60,000 bases of DNA. It comes from Vicugna vicugna (lineage: Eukaryota). Position numbers and translations under genes: made by a program. The stretch covers positions 374,001 to 434,000 of the forward strand of contig MU057719.1 in assembly GCA_013265495.1 (NCBI GenBank). The letters are read 5' to 3'. Positions 1 through 12,866 of the stretch are shown in pieces; the first letter of the stretch is position 1, and each line of letters opens with the position of its first letter. Under the pieces are notes generated by a model, which worked only from the letters and a program-made list of their open reading frames with translations, did no database searches and had not been told where the DNA came from.

Positions 1-1014
1 AGGTCGGGATGGGGTGGAAAGGCAAGGACCTTCCTCCCGGGACAGGACGGGACGTCTTCCTGCCCCTCTGGTGGGTGGGGCAGAGGCGTTCGTTTCCTGT
101 TACAGGATGTCGCGGGGAGGGGGGGTCAAAGGTTCCTTCTGCCTTTATTAACAGAGCATTTCTCGAATTCCATAAACTTAGCGGATCTTCAAACAGGAAG
201 TCACCCTGCACCCCGAAAGGGACCTCCGCACGCGTGCTCGACTCGGGGCGGACTGCCTTCCCTCCGGAGAGGCCTGGAGGGACCGAGAGCCATCCTCAGA
301 TTCACAGGACAAGACTGGCGTGGCCAGATGCCCAGCAGTGGATAAAAGGGGACAAAATCAGCCTGCTTCCAGCCGTTTCCCACTGACACCGGACAAGGCG
401 AGGGGGCCAGGGGAGTCTGGGCGAGAAGCATCCAGTCCCGCGGTGGACGGACGCGGCGCAGTCCCTCCAGCAGGCCCGGCACCAGGGGCCAGGCTCCAGA
501 ACGACGGCCACTGGCCGTCAGGCCGACCGTCCAGGGCTGACCTGGAGCCCGAAAGGCACCAAATGCCATGAAGGCAAAGGGCGGGGTTCGGGGGGAGCGT
601 GAAGGGGGCCGACCTGGCTGGGGGCTTCTCTCAGCAGCGATGCTGAAGCTGAAACCAGAGGGTGAGGGGCTTCGCAGGCCAGGCGGGGGGTTGGAGGAGG
701 GCCGCGGGCCGGCAGCAGAACCGCCTGCGGACAGACACGCCGGGGGAGAGAAGCGTGACTTCCCAACCCGCGCTGCCCTCCTCCTCCACCCAGGGGTCCC
801 GGCCGGGGTCACGCCCCTGCGCAAGCACCACCTCAAGACCCGACTCTGAACTAGGGGCCCAGGGTCTGGTAGACGAACCCCAGACCGATCAGGGCTGGTC
901 CAAGGGGAGGGAGCGTGAGAGGCACAGACGGCCAGATGAAGCAAAACTCCAACTCCCCCGACTCAAAACGAGCCACCGAGCCAGTGTTTTTACAGCACAA
1001 GAAGCAATGGTGGC

Positions 1015-1185
1015 GGGACGGTCGGTCCAGCTCAGTGGCAGAGCACGTGCTTAGCACGCACAAGGTCCTGGGTTCATTTCCCAGTACCTCCATTAAAAAG
1101 AATAATTGAATACACAAAGCTAATTACGTCCTCCCAAAAAAGCAATAAAAACAAAAAGAAGACAAGAACAGCGACAAAAAAGAAG
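1015..1185 (+). mobile_element. Camelid-type tRNA-derived SINE (Vic-1-like)
   Basis: AGCTCAGTGGCAGAGCACGTGCTTAGCACGCACAAGGTCCTGGGTTCATTTCCCAGTACCTCC (A/B boxes) plus CTAATTAC and an A-rich tail. Confidence 0.85.
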
Positions 1186-1429
1186 AAACGGTCGGAAGAA
1201 GAAACTCAGTTTGCACGGCAGTCTGACAAAGACCCTGAGGTTTCATTTCTACGTAGACATACGCAAAATCTAGCAGCTATTAAAAATGAACAAAATGCCA
1301 ATGTACTTGAAAGGTACAGGAAGTTTAGATGAAGTGGGCAAACTTTTTTAAATACAGTAAGAAAATAATTCATCAAAAAAAGGCTAAACATCTAATCTGT
1401 TCTTAGAAACAATAATTAGTACATATACG

Positions 1430-1760
1430 AAAACTGAAAAATGGGCGGTGTGCTGTTTCTATGTACTTACATGCAACATAATGTGTGTGTGCAGTCGGAC
1501 TGCGAAAATTCTACGTAATAAAGCTGGGGGGAAAAGTACGTGCATGTATGACTGAAGCGTCGTGCTGCACACCAGAAGCTGACACAAATTGTAAAGCTGA
1601 CTGTATGCCAATAAATACACAAATACACAAAAAAGAAAAAGAAAACAAACTCAAGAAGACACGGGAAACTAATAGAAATAGAAAACCTGAGCAGTCCTAT
1701 AACCACCAGACAAATTTAATCAGTAAAAAAAACCTTTTCTAAATAGAGAACCTCAGGTCA
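1430..1760 (+). mobile_element. L1 fragments (3' end plus ORF2 piece)
   Basis: ATGTATGACTGAAGCGTCGTGCTGCACACCAGAAGCTGACACAAATTGTAAAGCTGACTGTATGCCAATAAA resembles an artiodactyl L1 3' terminus; followed by ORF2-like GAAATAGAAAACCTGAGCAGTCCTATAACC. Confidence 0.6.
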
Positions 1761-1779
1761 TGCTGGATGAAAACAGAAG

Positions 1780-3075
1780 CAGTTCTGTTTCTTCCTCTCC
1801 AATCTGTGTGCCTCGTATTTTTTTTCCTGCCTTATTCCACTGGCAGCACTCGCTCCACACACTGCTGAAGGGGAGAGGCGACACTGCGCGCCTTCGCTCT
1901 GCTCCTGCTCTTGGAGGGAAGCCATTCAGTATTTCATCACTAATTATGATGCTAGCTGTAGGTTTCCTGTAGACATCGTCTGTGAGACTGAGGAAATTCC
2001 TTTCTCTTTCTGGTTTGCTGAAAGTTTTCTTTCATGAATAGATGTTGAATTTTACCAAATGCTTTTTTTTTAACACCTGTTGAAATGATCATATGGTTTT
2101 CCTTCTTTAATTGGTTCCTATGGTGGATGATACTGATCAGCTTTTGAATGCTGAACCAGACTTGCATTCCTGCATCCCTTCGGTCATGATGTGCTATCCT
2201 TTGGGGACAGTGCTTGACTTGATTTACTGATATTCTATCGAGAACGGTTATGTCAAAGTGCATGAGGGATACTGGTCTGTACTTCTTTCTCTGTGGTGTC
2301 TTTGTCGCATTTTGGTGTTGGCATAACGCCAACCTCGTAAAAAGAGCCAGTGACTGCTCCCTTCTCTGCTTTCTGGAACAGGCCGTGTAAGTGTTTGATG
2401 GGACTCGCCAGAACACTCCTCCAGACCTGGAGTTTGCTGCTGTTGCTGCTGCTGCTGCTGGAAGGTCTTAGCAACAAACTCTTTAATGCATGTGGGACTT
2501 CAGTACATATGAGATGATTCTTTCTTGCGAGAGCTTTGACAGCTTATGTCTCTCAAGGAGTTTGTCTGTCTCACCTCAGCTGTAGAAAGTTTGGGCGTAA
2601 AACTGCTTGTCATGTTCTTGGCTCGCCTTTGAGTGTCTGTAGGACTCGTAGTGATGTCCCGCTTTTCATTCCCGACACTGGTGTCTGTGTCTTCTTTCTT
2701 CCTTGGACAGTCTCACCAGAGATTTGTCAGTTATGTATCACCCTGTTGTACAGGCAACTTTGGTTTCGTTAATTATGCCTTCCTATTGCCTTTCTGCTTC
2801 GTTGATTTCTGCTCATTATCATTCCCTTCCTTCTGTTTGCTTCGAATTTAATTTGCCTCTTTTTCTAGTTTTTCTTAAAGTGGAAGCTTAGATCACTGAT
2901 TTTCTTTTACTATAAATGCTTTTAATAGACGCATTTAACTTTAAATTTTTCTTTAAGTAAATGTTCTATATGTAAATATTCCTTAAACAAATTTAAGCTA
3001 TAAATTTTCCCTTAAACATTGTTTTAGCTGCAAGACACAAAGTTGGTATGTTGTGTTTTAATTTTCATTCAGTCC
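1780..3075 (-). mobile_element. Old L1 (L1M) ORF2 reverse-transcriptase fragment
   Basis: ORF 1952..2416 contains KYRPVSLMHFD...IHHRNQLKKENHMIISTGVKKKAFGKIQHLFM, degenerate L1 RT motifs; interrupted by (CTG)n at ~2436-2460. Confidence 0.85.
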
Positions 3076-3796
3076 AGAAGATTTGGTCATTTCCCTTGCT
3101 CTTACCCACTCCTACACTAGCTGTGTGGCCCTGGGCAAATGGGGTCATCAGGACTCGGGGAGCACCTGAGCGGAGGCGCGCCCTCTGGGACTCCGGGAAT
3201 CCACGCCGTCCCAGGCCAGCCCCAAAAGTGCTGTTCCAAAGAGAAAAGGTGAGTCAGGGTCCAGCAGGCCGCCTCAGACACCCTGCTCCAGCTCAGCCGC
3301 CTCGGGGCACCCCACCTGGTGCGGCACTGGGGTCTCAGCCTCCTGGTGCTCTGGCGGTGGCAGCTGGCACGCAGGGTCCACTTAACCATGCTCCAAGGCG
3401 ACAGACTTCTCACCTTTGCAGCTCCTTGTCCGCCAGCCCAAACGCATATGCTGTCAGCAGCCAAGAAGCCCTCACTGTGCAGTGACAGCGGCCCCTAAAC
3501 TTTCAAATATTCCTTTCGGACAGAATGAGGATTCCTTTCCCATGTTCCTTGTGGTCACCAAGCCAGCAGCGTCTTGTCTCAGAGCAGAAGCTGCGGGGCA
3601 GGGGTCTTGCCTGCTTGGTTCCTGGAGATCTCCTGAGCCCTCAGGGGACACTGGAGAAAAGCCGGGCTCAGAGCTGAGCCACCTGGTTGCCCGGGGACAG
3701 CTCAGAACCGCCCTGCCCGCTGGGCCCGTCTCTCTCCTTCCAGTCCGGAGCCTGGGCCGGTGTTCTTGCTTCTGAACCGAGGGCATGGTTCTCGTC

Positions 3797-4470
3797 CTTT
3801 TTTTTTTAATTGAAGTACAGCTGATTTACAGTGTTGTGTTAGTGTCTGTTGCACAGCACAGTGAGTCAGTTATACATATATGTCCTTTTCATTATAGGTT
3901 ATTTCAAAATGTTGAATATAGTTCCCTGTGCTGCACAGTAGGACCTTGTTTATCTATTTTGTATATAGTAGTTTTTCTCTGCTAATCCCAAACTCCTGAT
4001 GTGTCCCTCGCCCGCCCCTTTCCCCTTCGGTGACCTTACGTTTGTTGTAAGACTCAGTGTCTATGAGTCTGTTTCTGTTTTGTAAATAAGTTCATTTGTG
4101 TCATTTTTTAGATTCCACATGTAGGTGATATCATATAATATTTGTCTTTCTCTTTCTGACTTACTTCACTTAATTTGATAATCTCCAGGTCCATCCATGT
4201 TGCTGCAAATGGCATTAGTTCATTCTTTTTTATGGCTGACTAGTATTCCATTGTATAAATATACCACATCTTCTTTATCCAGTCATCTGTTGATGGACAT
4301 TTAGGCTGTTTCCATGTCTTGGCTATTGTAGATAGTGCTGCTGTGAACATGAGGGTGCATATATCTTTTCGACTTAGAGTTTCCCCCAGATATATGCCCA
4401 GGAGTGGGATTGCTGGGTCACAGGGTAAGTGCGTGTCTAGTTTTGTAAGGACTCACCATACTGTTTTAGG
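3797..4470 (-). mobile_element. 5'-truncated L1 3' end (artiodactyl/camelid family)
   Basis: poly-T then AATTGAAGTACAGCTGATTTACAGTGTTGTGTTAG...CCATCCATGTTGCTGCAAATGGC...GGAGTGGGATTGCTGGGTCA. Confidence 0.9.
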
Positions 4471-5310
4471 GCACGGGTGTTTCTGAGAAAAGATGCCAAG
4501 TCCTGAGCTGGCAGCTTCACCCTGCAGCCAGCTGTGACCTGGGTGCAGACACCCCTCCAGGGGGCCGTCTCTGTCTCACCAGACGAGCCCACCCCAGGCC
4601 AGGATGGTCCATGGTGTCCATGCCAGGCCTCTCACACCACACTCCCAGGACCCTCCAGCTGCTCCCCATGTAAGGAAGGGGAGGGAGAGAGACAGAGAGT
4701 GTGAGCACGTGGGAACAGTTCTCAGGTGCCTGGTGGGCCCAGGGTGGACAGCTCACAGGACCATGGGCAGACACAGTCCTCGGCCTCTGCCTTCACCCTG
4801 ACCTGTCACCATCTGGAGCCAAGTCTGCCTTTCCCACCAGCGCGGGCGCCCCACCCCTGCACGCTGGCAGGGGAAGTGGCTGGTGGGGCCCGAGCCCCGG
4901 CTGCCTCTGTCCACCCCACACACATCCCAGGCCTCTCGTACAGTGGCCCTGCCAGGGCCCCCCACTGCTGCCCCCGCTTCTTGCTGCGCCTGGAACAGGC
5001 CTCACAATGTTCCCTGTTTCTCCAAGATGCAGAAAGTGTGGGTGGCGTCCGTGTTCTTGTACCAAATTAGCCACACTTAACTGTCGTGCCCGCAGCCTGC
5101 GCTCGCCCACAGCGGGCCTGACTCGCTCACTTGATGCCACTTGACATTCATAAGCAGTCGCCCTCGCCCCATCCACCCGCCAATTACCCGGCCCTGATGA
5201 CTGGGTGCCAGGGCCAGAACAGCCGAGCTGCCGTGTGCCTTGGGGTGGTGTGTGTCCTCTCCATGGAGCAGGGCTGAGGGTCAAACCAGACCTCTGGGCC
5301 CCTGCTGGAC

Positions 5311-5578
5311 CACCTGTGAGGAGGAGGACCACCACCTGTGAGGAGCACCACCTGCAAGGAGGACTACCACCTGTGAGGAAGAGCACCACCTGTGAGGAGG
5401 AGCACCTATAAGGAGGAGCACCTGTGGGGAGGAGCAGCACCTGTGGGGAGGAGCACCACCTGTGGGGAGGAGCACCTGTGAGGAGCAGCACCTGTGGGGA
5501 GGAGCAGCACCTGTGGGGAGGAGCAGCACCCGTGGGGAGGAGCACCACATGTGAGGAGGAGCACCTGTGAGGAGGAGC
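5311..5578. repeat. Minisatellite, 16-22 bp unit CACCTGTG(A/G)GGAGGAGCA(G/C)
   Basis: About 15 imperfect tandem copies visible directly; produces the repetitive ORFs 4793..5767 and 5281..5586. Confidence 0.95.
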
Positions 5579-5789
5579 TGGATCACAGGCGCAACCCAGC
5601 AGCACAGACTCAGCAGCCTGCCTCAGGACAAGACCTCCGCCAGCCCAGCCAGCAGCTCTTTCTCCTGCAGGACTGTCCCCACCCCAGAGGACCCCCTGAT
5701 GGCACTGAGACAGGCAGAGGGCTGGCCGGTTGGAGCTAAGCCACGGAAAAGGTAGAAGTTTAAGCAAGCAGGTTTAGGGGTTCAGGAAA

Positions 5790-5960
5790 TGAGACTGGCT
5801 CAAGTTCGGTCCCCACTCCACCACTCTCTGGCTGTGTGACATTGAGCAAGTCTCTTACCCTCTCTGAGCTTTAGTTTCCTCTCTTTCAACATGGGGACAG
5901 TAATCCCCACATGGCCGGGTATTAAAGAGCCACTGCATCTAAAGGATGTGGCACAGGGTA
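5790..5960. mobile_element. MIR SINE
   Basis: GCTGTGTGACATTGAGCAAGTCTCTTACCCTCTCTGAGCTTTAGTTTCCTCTCTTTCAACATGGGGACAGTAAT is a MIR core. Confidence 0.75.
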
Positions 5961-8900
5961 GGGCACGACCACAGGCTCCGGGCGTTTGTTGAATGACTGA
6001 ACGGGAGAACGAATGTGTACTCGCCTGCGTGCCGGCTGACAGCCCTCTGCGTACCCTGCACGACGGGCTGACGGCCTCGGTTCCCGGGATGCCACCTGGG
6101 GAAGGGACCCGAGACCCAGCGCGTGGTTACATAAACAGCACTGGGTTGAGAGTCCGGAGCCGTGGTCCCCTCCTACCCGCTACTCCTGGCACTTGTTGAC
6201 CCCAGGTAATAACTCCTTGAGAGTCGGTGAAAAGCTGGCGGAGGGTGAAAAGCCAAGGTCTCGGCCGAAGGAGGCCAGTGCAGGAAGGACGTTGTCTCCT
6301 TCCCGCCCGGACGGCACGGTGGGGATGAGTCAGGTGGGCTCCTCTCAAATCTACGTTTTGTTGCATTTAAAAGCTGACACATGAAAAGTATGTAAAAATC
6401 TCACGGAGCCATAGACTTACAATTCATGCCCTTGACTGTGTATAAGCTAAACCTCAATTTTTAAACTATTTTAAAATAAAACCTGAATATGGCTCGCTGG
6501 ACAAAAAGCCATCACTAAGGTAATAAACATCTAACCCATCCGATTTCCCTTCCCCAGGGGCAACCAGCGTCGGAGGGGATCAGGGAGGCAGGCCTGGCAC
6601 CGGGGGCTCCTGGGGGGCCGGGGGGCAGGTACACACTCGGTCACCTTGTGTTTTTTTCACTGTGGGACATTAGGGACTTTCAAGTGCTGCTCAGGCAGGA
6701 AGATCCGGGCCTCCAGGAACAAGAAAGCCCTGGCGATGGGCGATGGGTGAGGGAGGTCAGAGCAGGCGAGGAGAGCGGAGCCTGGAAAGAAGAGGCCGGA
6801 GCGCCGAGCCCAGCAGCGGCCCTGGGAGCCCCCCTCCCCAGCACTGTGAGTGTGCACCGCGTCTGTGCAATTGAAGTCCAGAGAGGACTCTGCCCAGGCC
6901 GCCCCTTAGGGCCCAGGGGAGATGACGGAGACCCTCAGGGCCCTCCTACAGTGGGTGCGGGAGGGAGTCCTCGGGCTGCAAGCCCCCTGATTCCAGGAAG
7001 CCCCCAGAAGCCCCGCTGCTGAGGGGAAAGTGAATCAGCCAAGTCCTGGCTCCTCCACTCACCAGGGACTCTCAAGAACCAATCGACCTCAGACTGCAAT
7101 GGAAAAGAGGACAGCAGAGTCGCCTTGAGCCCTCGAGGTGGGGGGGCCAAGGGCTTGAAACCTCTTAGTCCCTGTCCCTTCTCTTCAACTACGAGCAGAG
7201 CACGGAGGCCCTCCTGGCCTCTGACGGTCCAGCGGAGCCTGGCAAGGCCGTCGGGTCCCGCACCCCTGGGGCCCAGCCTCACCCTGCCCTGTGGTGGATG
7301 CAGAAAGGCTGGGGCAGCCCAGCGCCAGGGTCCAGGCCACCCCCCAGCCGCTGCGAGACCAGCAGCGCCCCCCTCCACGGCCACCCTTCCGCAGATTTCC
7401 AGAAAACCGCCCCAGCTTCCCTCCTGCAGGTCCTGCGAGCAGATCCCACCTCCATCCCTCTAGGTTCCTCCCTGTCCCCGATCGCCTCTGCCTCCCTCTC
7501 TCTCCCTCTCTGTCTCCTGCCCCCCCCCCGCCCGCTTTCTCCCTGCCGCGACTCGTGGGGAGGGAAGCAGCCGCGTCCTGCGCGGTAACAAATCTTCTGC
7601 GCTGTTCCTCTCCTTTATTTACACCGAGCGCACAGTCGCAATTCAATCTGAAAAAGTGCCGTGTTTTCGGCGGCATGCAGCCCGAGAAATTGATGTTTGT
7701 GTTACTCAGTCTTGTAGGAGCCTGCGGGGCTTGGAGAGGTGCGACACCAGAGAATTCTTCTATTGATTAATTGGACTCCGAGGGGTGGGGGTGGAAAGTC
7801 AAACACTCCAAGTGCCTGAAAGCTTCAGAGACAGGCCAGGTTCGAGTCCCCAACCCCTGCCCAGCCCGAGGTGTGTCTGCAGGTCCTCGGCCCCCCTCAC
7901 CGCCTCCTCCCTCGGCTTCCAGCACCGGCTGGGGCTCAGGACTCCCAGCTCCAGGGCCAGCTCTGCCTGGCCCCCTGTGGGACTTTGGGGCGACTTCTTT
8001 ACTGTCTGAGAAAGCTGGACCGGGGACAGCCACCCCTCACCCCGCCACCCTCCCACTGCCACCTGCTGGGTCTAACCCCTCCAGAAACTCTCAGCCCTCT
8101 ACACCACCGAGCAGACCCCACGTGGCCCCATGGCCAGTGTGGACAGGACCTGGGCTCCGGACGCGTGTGGCTGCACATGCCGGTGAGGGGACCACACCCC
8201 CACACTGGGCTTCCCGCGACCTCCACCCTGCACCCCCCGCTGGAAACTCTCTGAGCTGGCCCAGAGCTGCCCGTCGGCTGGCTGGGCCGGTGGAAGCGAG
8301 GCGGGCACTCAGGGATCAGAGCCAGCCCGTACTCATCCAGGACAGGCCGGCAATAAATCCAGAGGGCGTGCCTCCTGGGTTCAGTAATCCAAGGCCTGGA
8401 CTCCGTGGACGGTTCCAGGAGCAAACACGGACCTCTCTCCCAGGGCCTGGGAGAGGCAGGAAGTGGCAGGAGGGAAGCGTGGAGGAAATGTGAAGATGCT
8501 CTGTGTCTGTGATGCCCATGGGGCTGACACAGAGAGGGACCCTGTCCGGTTCTCACTGATGGCGAGAGACGGCAGGCCCATCTCACAGAGGGGAAGACTG
8601 AGGCTGAGCTGGAGAAGGACAGCCAGGACTGGAAGCCAGACCTCAGGACCACAGGGCCCGTGCTCTGCTCCAAGATGCCTGGCTCCAGGGGTCCAGGGAC
8701 CTGGTGCTGGGACATCGTCCTCGCCACCCAGGGAGGTTGTGGGGACGTGCGAGGTGGGCCCACTCCAGGGCATCCTGGGGAGGCTGGGCATCTGACCACT
8801 TCCCCATTGGCTGAAGGTCTGGGGGCACTTGTCCCAGTAGGCCCATCACGAGAGGCTTAAACTGTCCCTTCGTGTGGGGCTCACTAGCCTCAAACATGCA

Positions 8901-10006
8901 CAGAATGACATGAGCTGGACCCTCTGGTCCTCCGGCGTCACTCTCATTGATCATGCACCTGCTTTCTGCCAGCGAATACTCCTCACCATCTGAGGGGACC
9001 CTGGCTGGAGGCGCTTTCCCTGAGGAGGCAAAATCTGGAGCCATGAGCCTGACCACAGCTGAGCAGCCAGGTCATCTTCTCCACAATCCGGTGACGAGGC
9101 AGAGACGGCCCAGGTCAGAGCAGGCAGGGCCCAGTCCTACCGAGGACTCTCGCTGGCTCTGCGGCTTTGGGCACCTTGGCCCTGTTCCCCCGGCCTCGGT
9201 GTCCCCATCTGTGAAGTGGGTCGGAAGAAAGACATCAGCAGTGACCACAGCCAGTGCACTGTGCTGGGAAGCCTGCCGGTCAAGCTTTGTCTGGAGCCAA
9301 CGTAACCTCTGCCCAGCTTGATGGAAGGAGCTGGAAACGGCTCAAGGACTCCCATCCTCGCCCGCTCTGCGGCGCCCCCCGTGCCGAGGGGAAGCACCAG
9401 CCTGGGCCCCGTGCGCTGCCCGGGGCCAGCCCTCCTCCGCTCAAGGCCTCCCCTCCGAGGCTCGCCCCTGACACCGGAGGGGTGGGGGCTGAGGGCTCGG
9501 GGAGTGGCTGGGCCCGTCGCGCTCTGGACTGAAAAGGAAGCGGATTTCTCAGGATTATCAAAAGGCATTTTTTTAAACTGCTAATTGGGTGAGTCCTGCC
9601 CCATTTCCCTCCCCATGCTCGCACGCACACACACACGCACACCCGTTCGCATATCTTTGATTTTCCAACAAACAAACAGAGCACAATCTCTGTTACTGCA
9701 CACAATGTCCTGTTTAGGTTGACAAGCGCCCGTGGGGGTGACCCCAAACCGTTCCACCACGAAATGCGCTTCCAGGAAGGGGTCGATGGCTCGGGCGCAC
9801 CCGTGCCCCCCCACCGCTGGCTGGAACCCACCCCCACCCCCCGTAGCACAAGCTGAATCCCAGGGAGCAGCTCCACACCCGCCGCAGCTGCCCGGCCGAG
9901 GGCCTCCCCCAGCCCCCCCAAGACACGCCGACGTGACCACGGTCGAGGAAGGAGCAACTTGACTGGACGCAGAAAAATGGTAACGTTCAGCCGTGCAAGA
10001 CGGGGT

Positions 10007-10145
10007 GGGGGAGGGCACAGCTCAGCGGCAGAGCGCGTGCTCAGCACGCCTGAGGTCCCGGGTTCAATCCCCAGTGCCTCCGCTAAATACATAAAGAAAA
10101 AGGCTAATTACCTCCCCACCACAAAAAGAAACTTAAAAAAAAAAA
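10007..10145 (+). mobile_element. Camelid-type tRNA-derived SINE (Vic-1-like)
   Basis: GGGGAGGGCACAGCTCAGCGGCAGAGCGCGTGCTCAGCACGCCTGAGGTCCCGGGTTCAATCCCCAGTGCCTCC plus CTAATTACCTCCCC and an A tail. Confidence 0.88.
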
Positions 10146-12115
10146 TACTATGAGAAACAAATTACAGACAAAGCCACAGGACAAAAGACACTCCTGGAAA
10201 CGGACTTGCCACGCGCACAACGGGGAAAGACGTTCTGTCGTTCACACGTGTGGTTGTCCTGTTACGGCAAGTGGGACAAGCGTGTGAGCGCCATGGTCAC
10301 CACGCAGCTCGGAGTGTTTAACTTCACAAAAGTCACAGCTGCACGTTGACGGGACGAGGACATCCCTTGCCGATCAGCAGTGACTGTTTCGTCACTGCCT
10401 GAAGTGAACGAGACCGAAGGGCTCAAAGCCCCCAGCAGCTGGGTTCGGTTCCCACTTTCCGTCGGGCCTAGAACAAAACGTGGAGGCCAGGGCGGGCGGG
10501 GAGGCAGAACGGCTCCCCAGACCCAGCTGAGGGCCGCACCTGGGGGTGCAGGAAAGGTGGGGCTGGAGCCAGGCTGCAGCTCCCCCAGGGCCCTCGGCCC
10601 CGAAGACGCCTCCTCGTCACCAAACAGGCTGGGAGCTCCCCCGCCAGCAGCCAGCCCCACGGCGCTGCCCGGGCTCCGCAGGGCCGGCTCGCGGACCAGC
10701 TTGTGGGCCGGCTGACGTGCCGTGTTCACTCATCCCTTCCTGCCCAGCTCTCTTGTTTACTTAGCCTGGAGTAACCCCTGCATTGCCTCCGCTCCGCTGG
10801 GAGCCAGCGTCCTCCACACTTGGCCCACGACCTTGGGATTCTGGGCTGCGTGCTCCTCTTCCCTCCCGGGCCGGTATCCAGGGTGGGCCCGGGGGACCCG
10901 TGCACGAGGCCCTGCGCTGACCACATCGGGCAGCAAAGCACGGCCTGAGCATGGCCGGGCCCTCCTCCCTTGTGTGTCCTCCTCAGCAAAAGGGGGCGAC
11001 CCTGCCTGCCTCCTCACGCCCTACGTGTGCACAGTAGGTGTGACCCGTGAGGGCGCAGGTGTGTTTGTCTGGATGGGGGCACGTTCCGGGGCTCTAGGAC
11101 CTGAGCGAGCCCTCCACTGGGGCTCTTGGGAAGGTCTCGTGGAGGGAGAGTTGAGTGGACACCCGGCACTGTGGGCGTCAACTTCTAGAAGGAGAAGTCT
11201 GAGGAAAACACAGGGACCGAGGGGGACGGTGCTCGGGACAGGAGGTGGCTGCGGGCTGATTTTGGCTGGGGTGTCAAGACAGACTTTTCCCAAGAGGTGA
11301 CGATTCAGCTTCGATCTGAAGGCCAAGGCGGAGCTGGCCATGCAGTGATCTGAAGAAAGGGAATCCAGACCTCAGGCTGGCACGTGCAAAGGCCCTGAGG
11401 TAGCGTGAGTTTGGTAGATGAATCCAAACTGGGACGGCGCCAGAGGGGTGGAGCTCAGGGAGGCCATCGGTGCCTCCTTCCCAGCTGCCTTCCAGCCTCA
11501 GCCCCTCTAATCCCAGTTCCAAGCGAGAGACCTCTGACCTTCCTGGCCTGCACGCCCTGGGCTCCTGACATCAATCATGTGGCCCCAAATCCATTGACCC
11601 CCAGGTTCATTCCTCACACCTCACGCAGCTTCATTTTGCCTCCCCACCCGACTGGGGAGTGTTGGGGTGGGGAGGGGGCTGGCTACTTGCACAGCCTCGC
11701 CAGCCTCTGCATTTCCTTTTGGGCCTGATGGAAAATATGAAAAGCACACAGCTTCTAGGGGATTTGAGCCCCTGGAATCCTGAACACAACTGCATTTTTC
11801 TGGAGCGGGAACAGGGTTCTTTCAGAGTTTAAAAGGCCTGTGACGACCCCCAAAACCTCACCCCGCCAGCAAGAATCTTCCCATTTCACAGATGCAGGAG
11901 TGACTTCCCCGAGGTCTGGAGGGGACTGGTGACAGTGCAGGGCCAAAACCCAAGTCCTGACCCCGGGGAAGGGCTGCTTCACTGGAGGGACCCAGCCCTC
12001 GGGGGGTCAAGGACAAGGTCCAGGCTGGAAACAACAGTGGCAGCTCAGCCTGCCCAGCCCTGGCCGGCCTTCACCATAGACCCATTTACAGATGCAGAGA
12101 CTGAGGCTTGGCGAG

Positions 12116-12628
12116 TGCAGTGGGGTGAATGGTGGCCCCACAAGCTATGTCTCCCGGAACCTATGAATGTGATCTTAGTGGGGAAAAGGGTCTTTGCAGA
12201 TGTAATTAGGTTAAGGATCTCAAAGTGAGATCACCCTGGGTTACCAGTGGCTGGTGTCCTTGCAGGAGACAGAAGGGGGAGGTGCGTGGGTACAGCTCAG
12301 TGGTAGAGCGTGTGCTTAGCATGCACAAAGTCCTGGGTTCAATCCCCAGGGCCTCCATTAAAAAAAAGAGACAGAGACAGAAGAGGAGAGACCACGTGAA
12401 GGTGGAGTGGAAACTGGAGGGGGGCGGCCACAAGCCAAGGATGCCTGGAGCCCCCAGCAGCTGCACAAGGCAGGAAGGACCCGCGCCTGGAGCCTCCGGG
12501 GGGAGCGCAGCCCTGTGACACTGGATTTCAGACTTCTGGCCTCCAGAACGGGAGAGAATACATTTCTGTGGCTTTCGGCCCCGAGTCTGCAGTCACAGCG
12601 GTCACAGTAGCCACAGGACCCACACGCA
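12116..12628 (+). mobile_element. MLT1 (MaLR) solo LTR, interrupted by a SINE
   Basis: GAATGGTGGCCC...GAACCTATGAATGTGATCTTA...GGGTCTTTGCAGATGTAATTAGGTTAAGGATCTC...GATTTCAGACTTCTGGCCTCCAGAAC...GAGAATACATTTCTG. Confidence 0.85.
12275..12367 (+). mobile_element. Camelid-type tRNA-derived SINE nested in MLT1
   Basis: TACAGCTCAGTGGTAGAGCGTGTGCTTAGCATGCACAAAGTCCTGGGTTCAATCCCCAGGGCCTCCATTAAAAAAAA; GAGACAGAAG on both sides is a candidate target-site duplication. Confidence 0.9.
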
Positions 12629-12866
12629 GAGAACTTCACTTGCCCCTGGGGATGAAGCGGGGGCTCAGCCCGGTGGGTGGGACCCCCAGAGTCTAAGCAG
12701 GAGACCGCCCTGCACTGTCCTGGACAGAGAGCCCCAGAGAGCCGCACCAGGCACTCCCGCCTGTGCTCCAGGCTCCAGCTGCACCCCCCCCCCGCGTCCG
12801 GCTCACAGCCCGGCCAGCAGGAGGCACCCGGTAACCACCACCCTGGCCCTGCAGCAAGCCCCGGGG

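Noticed and set aside
5311..5578. CRISPR-like array or repetitive protein (ORF 4793..5767, 324 aa)
   Set aside because: Mammalian DNA with no unique spacers or cas genes; the ORF is simply a stop-free translation of a minisatellite.
1015..12367. tRNA-like sequences at 1015, 10007 and 12275 (also 30636-30760) as real tRNA-Ala genes
   Set aside because: They carry the SINE body and A-rich tail, differ from one another, lack a clean acceptor stem, and one is nested in an LTR with a candidate target-site duplication; they are tRNA-derived SINEs.
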